Assembly (NCBI GenBank): GCA_900088475.1
Contig: FLMG01003337.1
Location: 1 to 64,000, forward strand
From: Hyphochytrium catenoides
Taxonomy: Eukaryota > Protista > Hyphochytriomycota
DNA length: 64,000 nucleotides
Reading direction: 5' to 3'
This document shows positions 39,101-52,710 of the stretch, in pieces. Every line of letters begins with the position of its first letter. Positions within the stretch are counted from its first letter, which is position 1. The notes beneath the pieces were generated by a model, which worked only from the letters and a program-made list of their open reading frames with translations, was not told the origin of the DNA and did not search any database. A program made the translations under genes and the position numbers.

Positions 39101-41775
39101 GTGTATTTCATCCTAGATAGTAATGACAGTCAGTGGCCGACAGGCACGAAAATCCTCCAGAGCCTCATCATCATAAGCACATCTTTGGTAACCACAACTC
39201 TACAGTGGTTGAGGATGTCACCGTCATGGTCAGTCCGAAACAGCAAATCTACCGAGAACATCTGCTGACAACTTATTGCGAAAGAGATGCATAGAGAATT
39301 GAGCGGCCTCCAGTACCTTCACGACAGAGGTAAATCTTGCAATATGTTTGGAGTCAATGTTGGTCCACATTCTGAACTGTGCGGCCCACTGCTCGACTGA
39401 AACGGCCGACGTACAGAGGCACAAGCAGCTCTTTTTTATCGTCGAGGCGCCAGTCACTCCTGTTAGCGTCTTGCCTGCGCCACACGGAAGAACTATGATG
39501 CCTGACCTAATAGAACAGAAGAATCAGTATGATGTTGCTTGCTTCCTCGCGGTTCGCAAAGCAAGAGGCTAGCAACAACATGCCTGGACCCAGCGAGAAC
39601 AGAGGATATGTGCAACGCGAAAGGGGTCCATAGCAACGTAATAAAGTTAGGAAGCAGAGGACTGTTAAGATGACCTCGCCCTTCCGTTTCCGAACATCTT
39701 GCTGAGGCTCTTTTCTTGGTAAACCCTAATCCGCGTTGTGGGTTTCAGATCCATTTTTAGGTTTGGAATGGATGTGTCGTTCCTAAGGTCCAAGAAGAAG
39801 ACCCGAAGTGGAAGCAGGGAGCAACTCTCGTCAGGATCAGGCCTTTCAAAGCCTGAGATATCTTTCTATTACCTGAAATCGTACTCCTCCATTAGCGGGT
39901 AGTCCATGTCCACGCAAGCTTTTTTCACGTGCTCAACCATTTCCTTTCGAACCTGGAATGATACCGTCGAGAGCTTGCTGTTTTGTGTAGGAAGAGATTC
40001 CGACGTCTGATGATAGGTAGCAAAATGTTACTCACTAAACGGTAGGCACGGCAAAAGAGGTCGAAGAGTGGTTCGGGATAGGAGTGATAAAAATCAACTG
40101 CCATGGGAATAACCAGCAGGGGGGATCAAGTCTTAAAAGAGATCACGTAAAGACTTCATAGCAATGAGGTAAATGAGAGGAAAGCAAGGACAATACCTCC
40201 TCATCTTCATCCTCGTCATTAACGAGCTTCAAATATTCCAAGTTAGCAACATCTTCTTTCTCGGTCTCAGATATGATAAACTCTCCGGCCGCACCGCTTC
40301 CTTCGGTGTTCTCTTTCTGCACTCTAGCCTTGCTAATGATTTCATTTTCTAGAAGCTTTTTCAGAACGTCTGGATGTTGAGACTCTACGTAGAAATCGTT
40401 CTTTTTTAACACCTATTTGTGCAAGTATAATCTATCAGCCACACATCGAGGGGACGAGAAGAATAAGAGCTCCAATAATGCAACCACATCTCCACAAATA
40501 GATACACACATCATCGAGAAGAGATTTGTTGCTTATAGAGCGATTGAGAACTTTTGACAAGGACCTCAAAGGTGAGCTACCGCGAATTCACGAGATGGGA
40601 AGACACACGAGAAATAGTTGACAAAGTAACCAAGAACGCCATGGGTGAGACGGGCTCATCAAATGCCCATGTGGTCAGGGGAGGCGAAGAACTACGAGGA
40701 AGTAACGGCAGCATGGCTTGTCAGCCACTCCAATGCAAGATAAATCCTACCAACTTGGCTTTGCCATACGTCGCTGTGCACCTCCTAATGAATTCCTTGA
40801 TGGTGGGGGGAACATACACCTTGGAGAGCCGCTCTAGCACTGTGATGATGCTTTCGGTCTCCAGAGATACAGAGACGGCAGCATATAACGAATATGGCGT
40901 CAGCTTGTACTCATGAATGGACTCTATGGATAAGCATTCCACGTGACATATTATAGGTCAGTCTTAGAGGTCCGAAGCAGATGCTCAGATAATTACGAGG
41001 TCGGAAATCAAGTTTAGCCTAAGCTATCCACAGTCATTGTTTTGCTTTCAGAAGTAAAGAACGGACCGAACCCCAACAGTTGCATCACCAGAAATCCCTT
41101 AACTGTGACAGCCATTGACAGCTTAGACTTTCTGGAGACAATTATTCGTAGACAGCATGATATAAAAGAGTGATGTCATTGAAGGGAGGGAGGAGGAGAA
41201 ATGAGCGAGATAGGCATCTAATGGCACTCTCTCTACCTGGTCTAGAAACTGGTTCTGCAATGGCAACTAAGAAGTCGTAGGCTTGCTGGTAGAGAGTGGA
41301 GAAGGCTTCTAGAAAGATTGAGCCATTAGGGCAGACCCAGCAGGGTCGCGCAGCGTGGTCAGGCTTCAGCTGTAGCTTTGAGAAATCCATATAGCCTACT
41401 TCCTCGACACCTTGATAGGGGAAATAGGAGCAAGATAGCAACAGCAGATAAGGGATGTGCGGATTAAGAAAGCTTGTTGTCCAGCTAGGCAAGCAAAGAA
41501 GTCTTGTCAACACAGACAGAAGAGCACCAAGCCGAGATTACCAGGCTCCTCGAAGGGCTAGAAAGTCACTAACCGGGGACATCTAGCAGCGCCATTCTGT
41601 CTTGCACCGTATTCGCCAGCTTGACCTCAGGGGCTTTAAAATCGCCAACACCGTCATCTTCATCCTCTTCAAGATACTCAAGGACTTCTTCCGAGACCGC
41701 ACCGCTATAATAGCCCACTCGCTTCCTCTTACTCTTCACCGCAGAAGAAGGCGGTAGCTTTTGTCTTTTCATCAT
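36198..41775 (-). CDS. ERCC3: TFIIH helicase/translocase subunit XPB (ERCC3/Ssl2), multi-exon
   Basis: [58 protein letters not shown] (Walker A), [44 protein letters not shown] and a terminal [20 protein letters not shown]. The last acceptor is hidden in the N gap. Confidence 0.95.
36263..36312. other. Assembly gap (50 N)
   Basis: Run of N. Confidence 1.
36686..36822 (-). other. Probable U12-type GT-AG intron in XPB
   Basis: The 5' end is GTATCCTTG and GCCTTAAC ends 19 nt before the terminal AG. The phase-0 join gives REAQ|LQLLEDI. Confidence 0.75.
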
Positions 41776-42397
41776 CCTGTTCGCGATCTAAGTCTTCTCG
41801 TGCCTCGACCTTTCTGTCTCTTCGCCTGCAAAACAGCTGTGGGGTCAAGAATGTCCAACAAGGCGCTAGTGTCTGAGACAAAAAAACGAAGATGTGGCCC
41901 TGGCTATGTGATACGTAGAGTGGTGCAGCCAAAGCACGACAAAAAATCTTTCGTACAGATTGACCGCTGAGGGCCGAGAACGGCAATAAATTACAGGAGA
42001 GACAGAGCTCAGGCTTCAAGTCTCAATCAGAACACGATCGCCTTCACATCTACGAGATGGGTTTCTACATTCGGCAAGCTCCAGAATAGCCAAGTTCAAA
42101 TAATAATCAAGCGTAGATCAAAGCTTTGATCCCAGTTCTCCAATCTAATGTCTGATCAGAACTGAGACTTTACAAACTTCAGAACTGCAGAAACACAAAA
42201 TCTCGGCCATCACAGATCATGAGAAGGACCGTCAAAAGCTCACTCACTCCTTGGTCATGGTGTCATGGTGCTGGTCTACAGACTGTAGGACTGTCCGCGC
42301 CCCCTATGGAGTTTAAAAGCAGACGGTGCTTTTGCTAGTTCCTATTCTTGCTCTGTGCTCGCTTGAGGCTGTATCACGGGTGGAGTCCCTGCTAGGA

Positions 42398-45300
42398 ATG
42401 TTAAGTCGGGCTTTCCTTCGCAAAGGGTTTCTATTGAGAATCCATTCATTCGGAAGAATGCCAGTCTCCACCTGTCAATATCAAGGAGTAAGCACTGAAC
42501 TGGGCTTGGAGTGCTTCACGGGTGATGCTTTGAATGAGACCACCGACTCAAGATTGAAGGGATTTTACTGCACCATCAAGGAGAAGTAAGTGGGACGAGG
42601 CAGCAAGTGTAGAGCGGAGAGCAGAAGTAAATTGACATAACTGGAAACAGACAGGAGTGCCGTGAGATTCCTCCATTTTAACCTTGACATAACCGTAGAC
42701 CCAGTGACTTCCGCGTGAATGAGATCGATCTGGACGGCAATGTAGTGGAGCTATCGAAGCAAGACAAGTCCTTAAGTATTAGCGAGGAGGTAAGCTCATT
42801 AGATATGAAGGAGGAAGGAGCTAATGCCAACTTCGTAGCGAAAGAGACACCATTGATAGACTGCTTGGCCTTCAGATGCTGTCGTCCGGTGTTGCTGGGA
42901 AATAGCAAGGATAAAAGAGGGGCGGAAGAAGGTTATAGGTGTTGTTGGAGGACGAAGACGAGGAAGGCACGGGCACTAACACTGGCTTTAGGAGATGGCA
43001 GTTCTGAAGAGTGCAATACATTTTGTGCAACGCGACAAGAGAGAGAAAAAGGAAGAGGCGCGAAGGGACTTGGTTTACCAGTACCAGAGCAAAGCTGGAG
43101 AGATGGAGGGCGGCTACAGAGAAAGGCTTCTCGAGCTGTTGAATGGAGACACGTCGCTGCTCGAAAAGTTGGAGAAGCTGCATCGCGAAGCCCGACAGCA
43201 GAAAAGCGATTCCGAGAAGGAAAAGGAGCTAAGAATACCTCTCTCCCTTCCGTTAGAAGAACGAGTTTTGCTATATAGGTCGATGGCGGTAATGCAATCG
43301 TTCACTTTCTGCTTTCCTTCAATTCACATTTGTGCTTGGAAGTAGGCGTTCTGTCGTCCGCTGCCAGAGCACAAGCTCATTCCATCCTCCGCCAGCCTGG
43401 GTGTCAGAGTCTCCTCCTCTCCGTTTTCTGTGACGTCTTTTACTACTTTCCTTTTGAGGCGATTTGTGCGCTGGGCTTAAGGTTCAATTGAGAAAAGCTT
43501 CGAATCTCACAGAGTTTATTGGTGTAGGAGACGTTCCCGTTCTTGCGCTCTTTCATGGCTAAAAGACCACTAATTAAGGACCATCCAAATCGGAAATACA
43601 CGGATGCAGAACAACTAGATGTGTCGCAATCTCAATCAATGGCTAGTAGCTTGACGGAGGACTCGACACCTGGTAAGTGTGCTGAAGCCATTTATCCCCG
43701 GCGATATAGAGCAAAGACAACCGTAATCAGGAGCCGTCCTTTGCCTAGTGGATAGCAAGGATGCAGTGCGGAATGTTCCCTACGTAAAGCATTATCTAAC
43801 GTTGTCGTTAGTCCTCATTGTAACGCCAAACCTTCCAATTTGCAGGCTCATTTCTCTGCTAGGGGAAGACAAAGCAGCAGAGATCTCTCGATTCATTACC
43901 AGAGGTCCCGACGACAGGAGCAGCAGAGATGGTCAGAATGTGCTCTCGTTATCCCTTATAGTATTGAGGCCATTGTAATGACTTCTGCTCGTGGCGGATT
44001 GATCCTTATACTTTGCTTCGCTACATATTGTTATTACCTCTTATGGACCACACCTACCCTCTGCCACATGCTCTTAACACCTCAGCTAATCGTGGTTACA
44101 CTACCCTCCAGGTGTAGAGATTGTGGGAAAGTATGATAAGGCAAAGCGAAAGGAAATCCACAATGCGATAACCGGCATCCGCGCCCTCGATAGCAAAACT
44201 GTAGAAACTGCCGCTGGTGAGACCGCTACCTGGTGTTGCGTGAGCAGGCATTCCAGGACCTCGTGGTTAGCGATCTTGAGGAGCTTCGTCGTTCGAAAAC
44301 TTAGCCTTCTTTCTCTTTTGGTAACGTGTCGTCACTTCCCTCCGTTTCCACTCCCACAGAGAGTGGTCAAACCACCATTCAGGTTAGGTGGCGCAGAAAG
44401 GTTTGGAACAAAAGGAAGCGCAATGACGTCAATAAGTCTTCGGATGAGAGTAGTCAACCTTGGACGACAAAAGAACAGTTTAAGGGCTACTTGGGCTTCA
44501 CACTGCGCAAATGCGGTCAGTTTGTCAGCTGGAGCATCGGATATACTCTTCTTGAAGTGCCACAACTAATACGATGCCTTTTGAACTGTTGTTGTACTGT
44601 CACGAATGGACGCTTTATCTTCTCCTACGGGGGCTGAACTTCACTCAGGCTTTCAGTTCTCGCTTTCTTTCCGTGTTCTGGCTTGTACTACAAAACTGCA
44701 ACTTTCTACGTTTTGGGCCTATGAAAGCCAATGGCGTTTAAATGGCTGACGCAGGAATGGAGCACCACGACCTCGTGCACCGGCTCAGCAAATTGCTGCG
44801 GGTTGGACCTGACGCCTTCTCTTTTGCGGGCATGAAGGACAAGCGTGCAGTGACGGTACAAAGGTGCAGTTAGACTGATGACTCGCCTCTGTTCTTACGC
44901 TTGTCTACCTTGCTATTATACGGTTGCGCTATTTCTTTTCGTCGGGCACTACTCGTCTAGTGAAGTGCTCTTCACTGGTGCAACTAACGTCGGCATATCC
45001 TTACTCTTCACAAAGGGGGACAGTCAAGGACGTTCATCCGCGTGCGCTCATTGCTGCCGTCCGACAATTTGGAGAGGTAGCGGTGGGCCAGTTCAAGCTC
45101 GCACCCAAGCACTTGGTAAGGTGGTATCGCGGTCTGGCTGGCATAACTATCAGATATCTCGTTTAAACTTGTAGCTTCAGATCTCTAGACTTTTGGAAGA
45201 AACGACTGCACTGCACGTTTATCGTCCAATACCCTAATGACCAGAGAAGAATGTTTGCTATAAGTCCGCATCCTTCAACCTTTCCCTATTATAACTTCTT

Positions 45301-47397
45301 ATGCTTTCTCTCTCCTAGGAACGTGGAGAGTCTTTGGGCAACAGGTAAAGGAGGGAAGTTTGCAATGGGGCTTCCACATGCAGTAGCATGTTCGCTGTGT
45401 CTAGCGGTCACCACAGGCATCGCTGCAAGCGCTTGACTTTCAAGCTGAGGTGTACTCTTTCTTTGTAGATTTCGTATAGTTCTTCGAAGCATAGATCCTG
45501 CATTGTCACTAGAGATCCTAGAATCTTGCCTACGAGGGGTTCAGGAGCGCGGCTTCATAAACTATTATGGACTTCAGAGAGTCGGCTTACCGGGAAGGTA
45601 TCAATTCTAGCATGTCTCTGCACCCTTCTATGACTATCATCTGTCGGTCAACCAGTTATTTTCGAGAGATCTCTACTTACATCTGTGCAACTTCCATTCT
45701 GCACTGCTTGCCTGGCGGATCCTGTGACCTTTTCCATATGTAGGCACTCCTTACAAAACCATCTTGAATTTAGGCCTGTTTCTGTTCGTGTTCTATTTCT
45801 CTTTTGTTACTCTCCTACTGTACCGATCTGCCATCTTTCGACTCCGAACTCAGTAACGTCAGGCGCATGGTATCTTTCGATCGGCATCTCTAAGGCATGA
45901 GTACCCGTTCCTAGGGCTACCCTATTCTTACTGGCGATTTAATCGCTTCTTGTGTGTCCTTCCTCTTACTTCGATGGCCTCTCCCAGTCCCCTTCAACCC
46001 CGTGATATAGGGCTTCGGCTATTGAAAGAGGACTATGAGGGTATTATAGATTCTCTGTTGTCTCCGCGAGAAGGCGACCAGGATCGATTTCTTAGAGCCA
46101 AACAGAGCTACCAGGACTCAGGAAATGCTTCTCAAGCAGGGAGCATCATTCGGCCCTTCTTCTCTTTGCAAAAGTTCATTTTCCAGGTCATTAGGGGTCC
46201 TCTCCTGTTGGCGGGCTTTCGTCATGGATTAACATTCAGCACTTCCTGCGCCTGTCCATCTAAGGCGCATTCAAAGGGTTCTCGAATGTTATCATGTCCC
46301 CTAGTCCTTGTCATCTCATTAAGTGATGAAGACTAGTCTTTAGGACTTTATGACTCATGCCGCCGTTGCATTAGGGCATTACCCGACATGGAAGGGATGA
46401 CCCCGTTCGAGTGGTCAATACAATTCCTTTCGGTCTCAGGTTACTCTTGGTGCAGAGCTACCAATCGCTAGTTTTCAACAAGGTAACCGTATCTATCGCT
46501 CGGATTGTTGTCTTCCGGTCTTATCCATAAAGAGACGCTCCATGAAATGCTCTTATGTCAGTTTTTAGGTCTGCCTACACCTCTCTCCGACCCTGCGTCG
46601 CATCCTCTCTAATACCGCCTTTCCAGTGAGTCTTTTTTCGGCGGCCTACGACCTTCATGAACTCCCTGTTGCCTAAATCGGTTTTAGCCCCTCGTCAGCA
46701 GGCTTCTATTGCAAAAAGCTATGCTACGCTTGATATGCCTTGCCTTTATTCCGACTATAACCCTCTGTTTTGGCCGCCGCTATCTTGCCAAGCCCTATCG
46801 CTCAGTTGCTCTTCTCACTAACTCGCCAAATAGGCTGCGTCCGTTCGATGGAAACGATATGGTCCTCGTGTAGTAGTTGGAGACCTTGTGCGCGCCCCTA
46901 GAACTGGTCAATTCCCTGGCCAGAAAGGGCATCAAAGACAAGGAGACAGTTCTAACTTAGAAACCACTGAGAATGAGAGTCTTTTTGAGGTCAAACTGCT
47001 TGAGACACAGGAAGAGATCGAGAAAGGAGGCTTCTCCTTTTTGGATGTTGTCCTTCCGCTTCCCGGTACCGGTGCTCTTTTCCCTGCCAATGGTATGGAA
47101 GACGTCTACGCGCAACTCTTAGAAAAGGATGGAGTAGATTTTGCCGCTCTCAGGATAGGCGAGACACGCTACAAATTGAAGGGCTCCTACCGCCATCTGG
47201 TGGTCAAACCGAAGGACTTCACATGGAGGAAGCTCTCAGAGAGGGAAATCGGATCAGGAGAAGGAAGTCTAGAAGAAACAGAGCTCGGAGGGATGGTCAA
47301 AAGTGAGGCTACCCAGAGTGTCGAAGTTGCTTTTTCCCTCCCGCCCGGGTCTTTTGCAACTATGTGTCTCAGAGAGGCAAGCAGAGTCCTCCTTTAA
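42398..47397 (+). CDS. PUS7: TruD/PUS7-family pseudouridine synthase, multi-exon, possible organelle presequence
   Basis: IKEKPSDFRVNEIDLDG, FAGMKDKRAVTVQ (catalytic Asp), FRIVLR, GFINYYGLQRVG, VQSYQSLVFNK, DVVLPLPG, LKGSYRHLVVKP, FSLPPGSFATMCLRE. Confidence 0.9.
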
Positions 47398-48009
47398 TAA
47401 TTGGGAATAGCCATTCAATTGAGCTTTTTGGCTGGCTAAATAGTATGCTATTTCACTGCTTTCCTATCTCATAAGGCGCCCTCGGCCGGGTTTTATCCCA
47501 TCCCGGATGGTGGGGCAAGGTAGCTGAGGATTATGCCCAAGAGCGTTTGAGAGCAAGGTCGGGGGGCCAGCTCTGGGCCAATATAGAGAAAGCTTGATGA
47601 TACTTAGGCATCTGGTCGCAATGGGCCAATCGCCCCAAACAGTATGAGAAAGGGAAAGGATCAACTGGGCTATGGCCGGGATAGTCAAACGTCATCATAC
47701 AGCTTCATGAAGGATCCACCTTTGCCATAGTACTCCTTTGCGAGTCCCAGTAATGAAAGCTGTCTGACAAACCGATTCCCTATAGACCTAGATGCTCTAA
47801 AGACACTGAAGGTAGCGTAGCCGACTAATGAGAGAAAGGTAGGGTGAGGACCTAGAGAGACATTCAAGAGCGACGGAGTGCAGGGTTGCCAACCACCTTT
47901 ACTTATAGCAAGCACAACATGTCATTTTTTTTTAGTACTTGGAGCTGGTAGAGAATCAAGCGGGACGTCTCTTGCCTCTCTCTCTCTCTCTTCTTCCCTC
48001 TCTTTCAAA

Positions 48010-49132
48010 CTAGAGAGAGCCCACGGCCCACACTCTGATGATGCTGTCAGTGTACCCTGCGAAAAGGGTCTGTCCGTCAGCACTCCAGGATAGAGAAACG
48101 CAGTAAGGGGTCTGCGCCAGCTTGCCAGTTACTGGCTCGAACTCTGGGCGGAGTTCATCGATTACAACCTTGGACTCAAGATCCCAGATCTTGATGCAAG
48201 AGGAGGTGGCAGCACATAGCCAGTATCTGTTTTCAAAAGGACAAAGTCAGTAACAGGAAGAAATAAAAGAGATTTTTAGTGCATAGATCGCATCATTCAC
48301 CTGTTGGGGGAGAAGACAAGGGCATGGATGATGTCGCCACCCTCAAGGGAGTACAGTCTCTTGCCCTCAGTCAGATCCCACAGCATAGCAATGCCGTCCT
48401 TGCCTCCAGAGGCACACAGAGAACCATCAGGAGACACCGTTACGGTGTTCAGATAGCCGGTGTGGCCAGGAAGATTGGTCCTGAGCTTGCAGTTGCTGAG
48501 GTTCCAAACCTTGACAAGCTTGTCCCAGCCGCATGAGACAATGAGAGGATTCTCCGTGGAGGGAGAGAAACGAACACAGGATACCCACTCGGTGTGGCCG
48601 TCCTCGTGGATGGTGAACTTGCACTCGCCCAAAGTGTTCCACAGCTTGATGGTTCTATCCCTGGATCCGCTGACAATCTGTCTGTTGTCGGTGGAGAAAG
48701 CTACAGAGAGGACATCCTTGGTGTGGCCAACAAATCTGCGGGTGGTGACACCAGCATTGAGGTCCCAGAGACGAAGGGTAGCGTCCCAAGAAGCAGACAG
48801 AGCGAACTGGCCATCAGAAGAGATGATGACTTCCTCTACGAAGTGGTTGTGGCCGTGCAGGGCCTTGCGGGCATAACCTGAGATGATCCCACAGGAAAGG
48901 AGGGAGAAAAAAAGGTAGAAATCATCAACAACCTCCACTTCCTCTTATGTTGGTCGATTAGCATGCACTCACCGTAGTTGCCCTCCTCGTGAAGAAGTTG
49001 CCATACGATGACACTCTTGTCCCTAGAGGACGAGATGATCATGTTGGGGTCCGCATGAGTGGTATCAATGGAGGTGACCCAGCCGCTGTGGCCCTTGAGC
49101 TCACCGCGCAGAGTCAGAGTCTCACCGCTCAT
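48010..49132 (-). CDS. RACK1: RACK1 (WD40 ribosome-associated scaffold), 3 exons
   Basis: [22 protein letters not shown]..., [66 protein letters not shown]. Confidence 0.97.
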
Positions 49133-49299
49133 CTTTATAGAGATTTCAGACACGTTATGTGTAGCTTGCCTGCAAGTTCCCAAGTACTTTGAGAGAGAGG
49201 GAGAGAGTGCTCAAGCTTCTTCCACGCCGCTAGAGCCCGTCACCTCGAGTCATTGCCATCCGCGCCACCGCCGCCGCCGCCAGTTCCCTGCTACACATA

Positions 49300-49352
49300 G
49301 TTTCTCTCTCTCTCTCTTTCTCTCTTCCTCTCTCTTTCTCTGTCTCTCTCAA
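49300..49352. repeat. CT/GA-rich microsatellite tract upstream of RACK1
   Basis: tttctctctctctctctttctctcttcctctctctttctctgtctctctc. Confidence 0.7.
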
Positions 49353-50349
49353 CCAATGAGTGGTGCCAGCCACCAACACCAAACCCCCTTTCTCTAGAAA
49401 TAAGATACGAGAGCTATTGTTAACCTTCCAGTCAAAACCCCCCCACTTCGTCGTGTCCCTCAACAAAATACCGTTAGCGCCACTATTTCCCGTTACCGGA
49501 CCCTTACATAAGAGCCGGTACCGGCCATTAGCCTTTAGCTGGAAGGAGAGGGCAATAATGAAACGGCGTGATGTGGAAAGTGATACACATTGGCAAAGAG
49601 AGGAGGAGGAAGAGGGGGGACATGCAGCGGAATGATCCAATGTTCAGATTGGAAGGAAGATCATTAAGCTGAGCCATCAGATAACAGCCGTGCGTGCGAC
49701 TCTACACTGTGAAGGGAGGATCAGAGTCTTCTCTTCCTCCTTTTGGCGCACTCTCCTCGCCCTGCTGCTGCTGGATGCTGCTGCTTCTTGTTTGGCCTTT
49801 ATTGTTTCCTTTTTTTCTAATGTCTTACTCTTCTACTCGTACTGTCTTCTTCCTCCTCCATTTATCATCCCCGTCCTTTGCTTCCTCCATCCGCGGTTGC
49901 TCGGTGCGAGCTCTTCTCGTTCTTCGTTGAAGTTTCCTCATGCCAAAAGCTCATCTGGCTACCTTTATCACCGTCGTGACCCCCTCTTAATTAGACCATT
50001 GATCCTCTGGGCCCTCAATTATCACAACTAAGCTGGCTTGCCACACCACACACCCTGGTCACAGGTGTGCTTAAGTCTTCCAAGCATTAAATGCTCCTTC
50101 TGCTTGCTGGCACAGTGACCCTGATGAATACTACTCTTCTCCTCCCCTCGTCGTCTCAGCTATCCCTAATCATTATTCCGATCAGATCAGCGTCGTCGGA
50201 CCTAGCATAGAGCTGCTCTCTCGTGGTGTCGAGTACTACTGCATTTTCCTACTCTGTGGCGCAGTACGGAGAATAAAATAAGCTGCGAGAGCTAAAGTGC
50301 ATTAAGGACTAAAAAGCGAGGAGACATCACGAGTGGAAGACCCAACAAT

Positions 50350-52419
50350 ATGTCCTACTCTCCTCTTTCTTGCCCCGTGAGGATGCTCCTTTATTGTGTG
50401 GTTGGCTTCATGGCCGTTTCTTTGTGTCACGGTGAGTAAACGAACTTCGCCGTTTATGTCCTCACTTCCCCGTCCCAAAACTCCATTCATTCCTGCTTAT
50501 CACTTCCCTCCGTTCCGCCCTATCCCGAGAACTTATGTTCTTTGATCACCACTAATAATCGTCACGTGGTCCGCCTCTCGTTGGCGCCACCGTTTGTTGC
50601 CGCCTCGCTTCCATCCTATCACACGTCTATTGCTCCAGCCTGTGAGCTTCAGGGCCATGACTCTGGAGTCTGTACTCCTTTTGATGAACGCTTCTTTGGG
50701 GAGACGATGCCATTCTGTAGCGAGGTAGTCCAATACACTGCTTGCCTCCCTAAAGATGATCAGGTGAGAAGAGTTCACGAAGGAACAAATAGAATTCTAG
50801 AACTCCGTCAGCCACAAGGAAGTTCTTTCGGTCTCACGGGGCCGGTGGCCCTACTAGCACAACCCTCAGAGCAAGGACAAATGGATTGAAGACGCGTTTT
50901 GGCGCATAGGCATGGAAGATTTTCAGATAGAGATCGATGAATAGCTGGCGCAGAAAGTCACAATGGGTCCAATCACCTTTAATCGCCTTTCTTGTCTTAT
51001 CACGACATCTCTTTCTCGCAGGGCCTGTGGCCCCATCACAACCCTCAGAGCAAGGACAAGTGGATTAACGAGACCTTTTGGCGGATAGTCTATGAAAGAT
51101 TTCGGATAGAGATCGATGAGAAGCTGGCGGACAAAAGTCAGATGGCACAAGTTTACGTCTTCTTTGCTCTTCTAGGGAATCGCCTTTCTATCTTTGCTCT
51201 TATAGAGGGGTCCATCAATGTTCCACTTCTATTATTGCTCTGACAACATGTTCCACACTGATCTTTGCAATCCTTGGGCTTACACTATCGTGTTGTTGAG
51301 TTGACAATAGGTCCCTTCTCATTTGTCCACACATTTCGCTGATCCAAAGTCTTGCCCCGCTCTGTACGTTGACCAAGTCTTCTTCACCGTCCCTATTCCT
51401 TCAACGCCCCTATTTCTTCCAAGCTTTCAGAAAAAACGTTCTCATCATGCTTCCTGTCCGCAGACGTAAATGAAGTGGGAGACCCGGGCAAAATAGCGTT
51501 GCGATTTACTGATAACCCAGACTGTGTCCGCGCCTTCAAGAACTTCTTCTGTTGGATCAACTTCCCGCGCTGTGATCCTCAGGGTCGTTCCCTGCTTCTT
51601 TGTAAATCTGTTTGTGAGAACTTCTTCACATCCTGCAAGGTGCGTTTCAACTAAAAAACGATAATGTGCGGAACAATAGAGGGCAGATTCGGAGCATAAG
51701 AAGTCGTGGCTCAAGGGCTATGATTACTGGATCTGGAGTACTGGACAGTAACAAAGTCAGAGGAAAGGACACCATCAATTGGCAGGATCTAATATTCAGA
51801 AAGATGCAGAGGCAACATGGCTGTCACTTCCTTCTTTTATCCTACCAAGTCCCTGCTCCCTCCAATTCCTCCCTGCCTTACAATATTTCATGCAGTATGA
51901 TGAAGATCTCTGGCGCTGTGGACGGCCAGAGTACTACGGAGGAGAGGCTGGAGAGGACCCCGACACCCTGGACAGAGTACGTGGGAACTAGTGTCTATGC
52001 AAAAAGGGAATCCATTCTTTCTTCTCGAGGGCTTCCCTCGGCACAGGGCGAGGGACAAAGCGCTCGTTCTCTCTGCAGTTCCTCTCTTCGACCACCTCAT
52101 CCTTTAGGCTGACCTCGCTCTTCTTCAGTAGAGTTCACACCTACCTCGTTGCCGTTTATTGCTGTCAGTCTCGGTTTCCTTATGATCTCTCTCTATGCCT
52201 TCTGCCTTGCCTCGCCAGTTTGGAGATAAGGTGTTCCATCGAGCGCCATTTATGGGCTCTCCTTTCCGTGACAACCAGTTTGATCCAGAATCAGAGCAGC
52301 CACTTCCTGTCTGCACTCCCTCTCTTCTAAATGGAGCGAAGAGGACTTCTCAGCCAAAACTAGCAATTTTCTTTGTTTTACTCCTTCACCTATATGTGGT
52401 GGTCCTGCAGAGTGTGTGA
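50350..52419 (+). CDS. Secreted, probably GPI-anchored Cys-rich protein with a Frizzled-CRD-like module
   Basis: Signal peptide MLLYCVVGFMAVSLCHA, then MPFCSEVVQYTACLP and DCVRAFKNFFCWINFPRCD...LLCKSVCENFFTSCK, with a hydrophobic C-terminus after NGA. Confidence 0.7.
50825..51000 (+). pseudogene. Decayed tandem copy of an exon of the Cys-rich gene
   Basis: It parallels exon 51022-51150, but the acceptor AG is changed to GG and it carries two in-frame TAG stops. Confidence 0.8.
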
Positions 52420-52710
52420 CAGACTATGTACTACCGGGAGGCACTATTGGATGGTATTATAGAGCACCATTTCGTGCCGAAAAAAGCATACGGACATTGG
52501 ATTCAAGGTAATCCTTACGGCCAAGAAGTGGCTTAAAAGGAACCTTGCGGACCGTGACGATGCCAGTGACGCTTAAGAGGGCAGCGCTCTACGAAGTAGG
52601 GGTGACCTTTATTCTACATTAACGCACATTGAGCTATGTACAATCACAATCAACACTATTTACAGCGGTTCCTTTTTGACAATGCTTTCCGCTTATTGCG
52701 GTGAACACAG

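Noticed and set aside
48879-48972. snoRNA in a RACK1 intron, as in yeast and vertebrates
   Set aside because: The intron is short and has TGATGA but no D box (CTGA).
11251-49132. Apparent cluster of RNA-metabolism genes (SmD3, RNA triphosphatase-like, DIS3, XPB, PUS7, RACK1)
   Set aside because: They are interspersed with unrelated genes in mixed orientations, consistent with chance in a gene-dense genome.
48279-49397. Plus-strand ORFs antisense to RACK1, and the many other short ORFs in the track
   Set aside because: These are shadow frames of real exons or intron read-through, with no independent motifs.
50850-50946. In-frame TAGs in the duplicated exon as stop-codon reassignment
   Set aside because: TAG is the true terminator of apyrase, SmD3, DIS3 and RACK1 here, and the copy has also lost its acceptor.
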